The position numbers were made by a program, and so were the translations under genes. A stretch of DNA of 63,921 bases, filler included. It is 7 parts of 7 records of this genome, joined end to end, with 100 filler letters (N's around TTAATTAATTAA, not from the genome) between each part and the next. Parts side by side here need not be neighbours in the genome. Positions count along the whole stretch, not along the records: positions 53,350 to 63,921 come from SRR31147125_3636; 6 more parts are not named here. The stretch is one strand, 5' to 3'. The notes below the pieces were generated by a model. That model was not told the origin of the DNA. It did not search any database and was given only the letters and a program-made list of their open reading frames with translations. Positions 62,011-63,921 of the stretch are shown here, one piece after another (position 1 is the first letter of the stretch; every line of letters begins with the position of its first letter).

Positions 62011-63921
62011 ATGTTTAGAAATTTAAAAATTAAACAGAGATTATATATCTCAAGTGCTATTTCATTAATCTTCATTATTTTTCTTGGGTTAGGATCATTA
62101 AGTGCAATGAAGAATGTTGTTGAGGGAAATATACCAGTTAATACGTCACTAAAGAATATCGAAGTAATTAAAAATAAGTTTGTCACTGAAGAGCTTATGT
62201 TTCTACTTGTCGATACAAAAAGTGAGAAGTTCTTTGAATCTAAAAAAAGCGAAAGAATCGATAATTTAATAAAGTTACATGCTTCTATGACAGAAGAGAT
62301 TGAATTTTTAAAATCTTCCGATTTAATTAAGAAAAGTACAGAAGATTTAACTATGCTGGAAGAGATCAGTAAACTTATTAAAAGCTATACTGATATAGTA
62401 AAAGTTAATTTGGATTTGGAATATGAAAAAGGATATAAAGATTACGGTTTAATAGGTGAGTTGAGAGTTAATATTAAGGAAATAGAAAAAACTTTAAATG
62501 CTTCTCAAGATTCAGCTTTAAAATTTCTACTACTGGAGATGAGGCAAAATGAAAAAGATTATCTAATTAGAGCTGAGGATAAATATGTAAACAATGTCAA
62601 TAGGTTAATAAATGAGTTTACTGAAGAATTAAATAAAAATAATAATATCGAAAATAAAGATTTTATTATTTCAACTTTAAATGAATATTACTCAAACCTT
62701 GTAAAAGTTAAACAGCTAGATAATAAAATGAACTCAACTTTTACTGAAAGGTCTGAAATATTAAATAACATAACCGAAGATGTTGAAACTATCATTGAAA
62801 ATTTAACAATTAAACTACAGGAAGAGAATAAAGATGCCAGTGAATTTATTACATTTTTCATTTTTATTGCTATAATATTATCATTTGCTTTACAAACTTT
62901 AATTGCTAGACTCATAACAAAGCCTATTAATTTAGTTTCTGGTTCCCTTAAAACTACTGCTGATTTAGATTTAATCAGTGCAAATGAATATGAAAAATTT
63001 GCGGAGGATAAAAATGAAGTCGGAACTATGGCAAACTCACTTAGATTAATGAGAAATGAATTAAAAACAATGATTAATCTTATAAATAAAAACTCTAACT
63101 CTATTAATACTTATAGTGAAACCCTTGCTTCTTCATCAGAAGAGATGTCAACTTCTACTAGAAGTATTGCAACAGCTATGGCAGATATCTCAAAAGGTAA
63201 TGAATACTCTGCTGATAAACTGCACATAATTACCGAATCTATGAATGAGTTTAATCATGCATTGGAACAGATAATAGATAAAATAGATTATATAGAAAAT
63301 TATTCTCAAGAGATGCAAAGCGTGGCTATGGATAGCAATGAGGATATGAAATTAACAAAAAAATCTGTTGAAAATATGGAAAAAATATTTGGAGAGTTCT
63401 CTCTTAAAATTAATAATTTAGCAGCTGAGATTAGTAAAATTAGCGTTATCACTGATACTTTACATGACTTATCAGATCAGACTAACCTGTTAGCTCTAAA
63501 TGCATCTATTGAAGCTGCAAGAGCTGGTGAACAAGGAAAAGGCTTTGCCATTGTTGCTGAAGAGGTTAGAAAATTAGCTGAAAAATCAAAAATATCTTCA
63601 GAAGATATCAATACATTAATTTCTGAAGTTTCATCCGAGGCTATAAAGATAATCGAGAGTACAAATGAAGTAAACACTGAATTAACTAAACAATTTAGAG
63701 GAGTTAATTCCAGTATAGATTCATTTTCTAAAATTGTTGAAAATGTTAATTCTACTAAAGATCAAATTGAACTACTTAGTTCATTGACTCATTCACTTGA
63801 AAAAGAGAAAGATGGAATCATAAACAGTGTTGAACAAATTTCAGATTTTTCCAAAACTAGTTCAGCTTCTTCGCAAGAAGTCTCAGCTTCCTCTGAGGAA
63901 CTAACATTTGCAATGGAAAAA
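62011..63921 (+). CDS. Methyl-accepting chemotaxis protein, tandem paralog (runs off window end)
   Basis: [24 protein letters not shown]...; [50 protein letters not shown]. Missing from the ORF track because it has no stop in the window. Confidence 0.93.
   Translation, partial: MFRNLKIKQRLYISSAISLIFIIFLGLGSLSAMKNVVEGNIPVNTSLKNIEVIKNKFVTEELMFLLVDTKSEKFFESKKSERIDNLIKLHASMTEEIEFLKSSDLIKKSTEDLTMLEEISKLIKSYTDIVKVNLDLEYEKGYKDYGLIGELRVNIKEIEKTLNASQDSALKFLLLEMRQNEKDYLIRAEDKYVNNVNRLINEFTEELNKNNNIENKDFIISTLNEYYSNLVKVKQLDNKMNSTFTERSEILNNITEDVETIIENLTIKLQEENKDASEFITFFIFIAIILSFALQTLIARLITKPINLVSGSLKTTADLDLISANEYEKFAEDKNEVGTMANSLRLMRNELKTMINLINKNSNSINTYSETLASSSEEMSTSTRSIATAMADISKGNEYSADKLHIITESMNEFNHALEQIIDKIDYIENYSQEMQSVAMDSNEDMKLTKKSVENMEKIFGEFSLKINNLAAEISKISVITDTLHDLSDQTNLLALNASIEAARAGEQGKGFAIVAEEVRKLAEKSKISSEDINTLISEVSSEAIKIIESTNEVNTELTKQFRGVNSSIDSFSKIVENVNSTKDQIELLSSLTHSLEKEKDGIINSVEQISDFSKTSSASSQEVSASSEELTFAMEK

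Noticed and set aside
1-63921. CRISPR arrays, tRNA/rRNA genes, transposases, reverse transcriptases
   Set aside because: No regularly spaced repeat-spacer array, RNA-gene signature or such ORF was seen on either strand.

Overview
The window is not one continuous locus. It is seven unrelated contigs joined by six artificial 100-nt spacers (44 N + TTAATTAATTAA + 44 N), as in a metagenome pseudomolecule. Contig 1 (1-6871, Bacteroidota-like): pheT; a divergent CGGC / radical SAM / TsaA-like operon; an MNT-HEPN pair; cobO; MscS; a cation-chloride-cotransporter-like permease. Contig 2 (6972-14868, Bacteroidota-like): ArsR-SRPBCC-DoxX-YdeI stress cluster, nucleoside hydrolase, sugar O-acetyltransferase, a membrane protein + Xis/BldC-like HTH operon, porP/sprF, ompH. 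Contig 3 (14969-21808, AT-rich anaerobe): [FeFe]-hydrogenase maturation region (TM1266-like, hydG, aspA, folA, hydF). Contig 4 (21909-33905): DeoR-regulated glycan/rare-sugar catabolic cluster. Contig 5 (34006-40662): sugar kinase, class II aldolase, SDRs, TPP-dependent E1 alpha and a YesMN-like two-component system. Contig 6 (40763-53249, Fusobacteriota-like): NHL-tamB-bamA-skp-lpxD envelope operon. Contig 7 (53350-63921): ROK repressor, two ArsB/NhaD-type permeases around an EIIA-CBS protein, and tandem chemoreceptors. The best candidate for undescribed biology is a three-hairpin transcription attenuator between the TM1266-like gene and hydG, suggesting this ACT-like protein is an RNA-binding attenuation regulator. 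Other candidates: a TsaA/TrmO homolog carrying a signal peptide, 10-bp phased repeats upstream of a BldC/Xis-like operon, and a structured leader upstream of the EIIA-CBS permease system. Four genes have single-A deletions in A-tracts, most likely sequencing errors. All calls come from motif recognition only; no searches or folding programs were run, and taxonomic labels are tentative.
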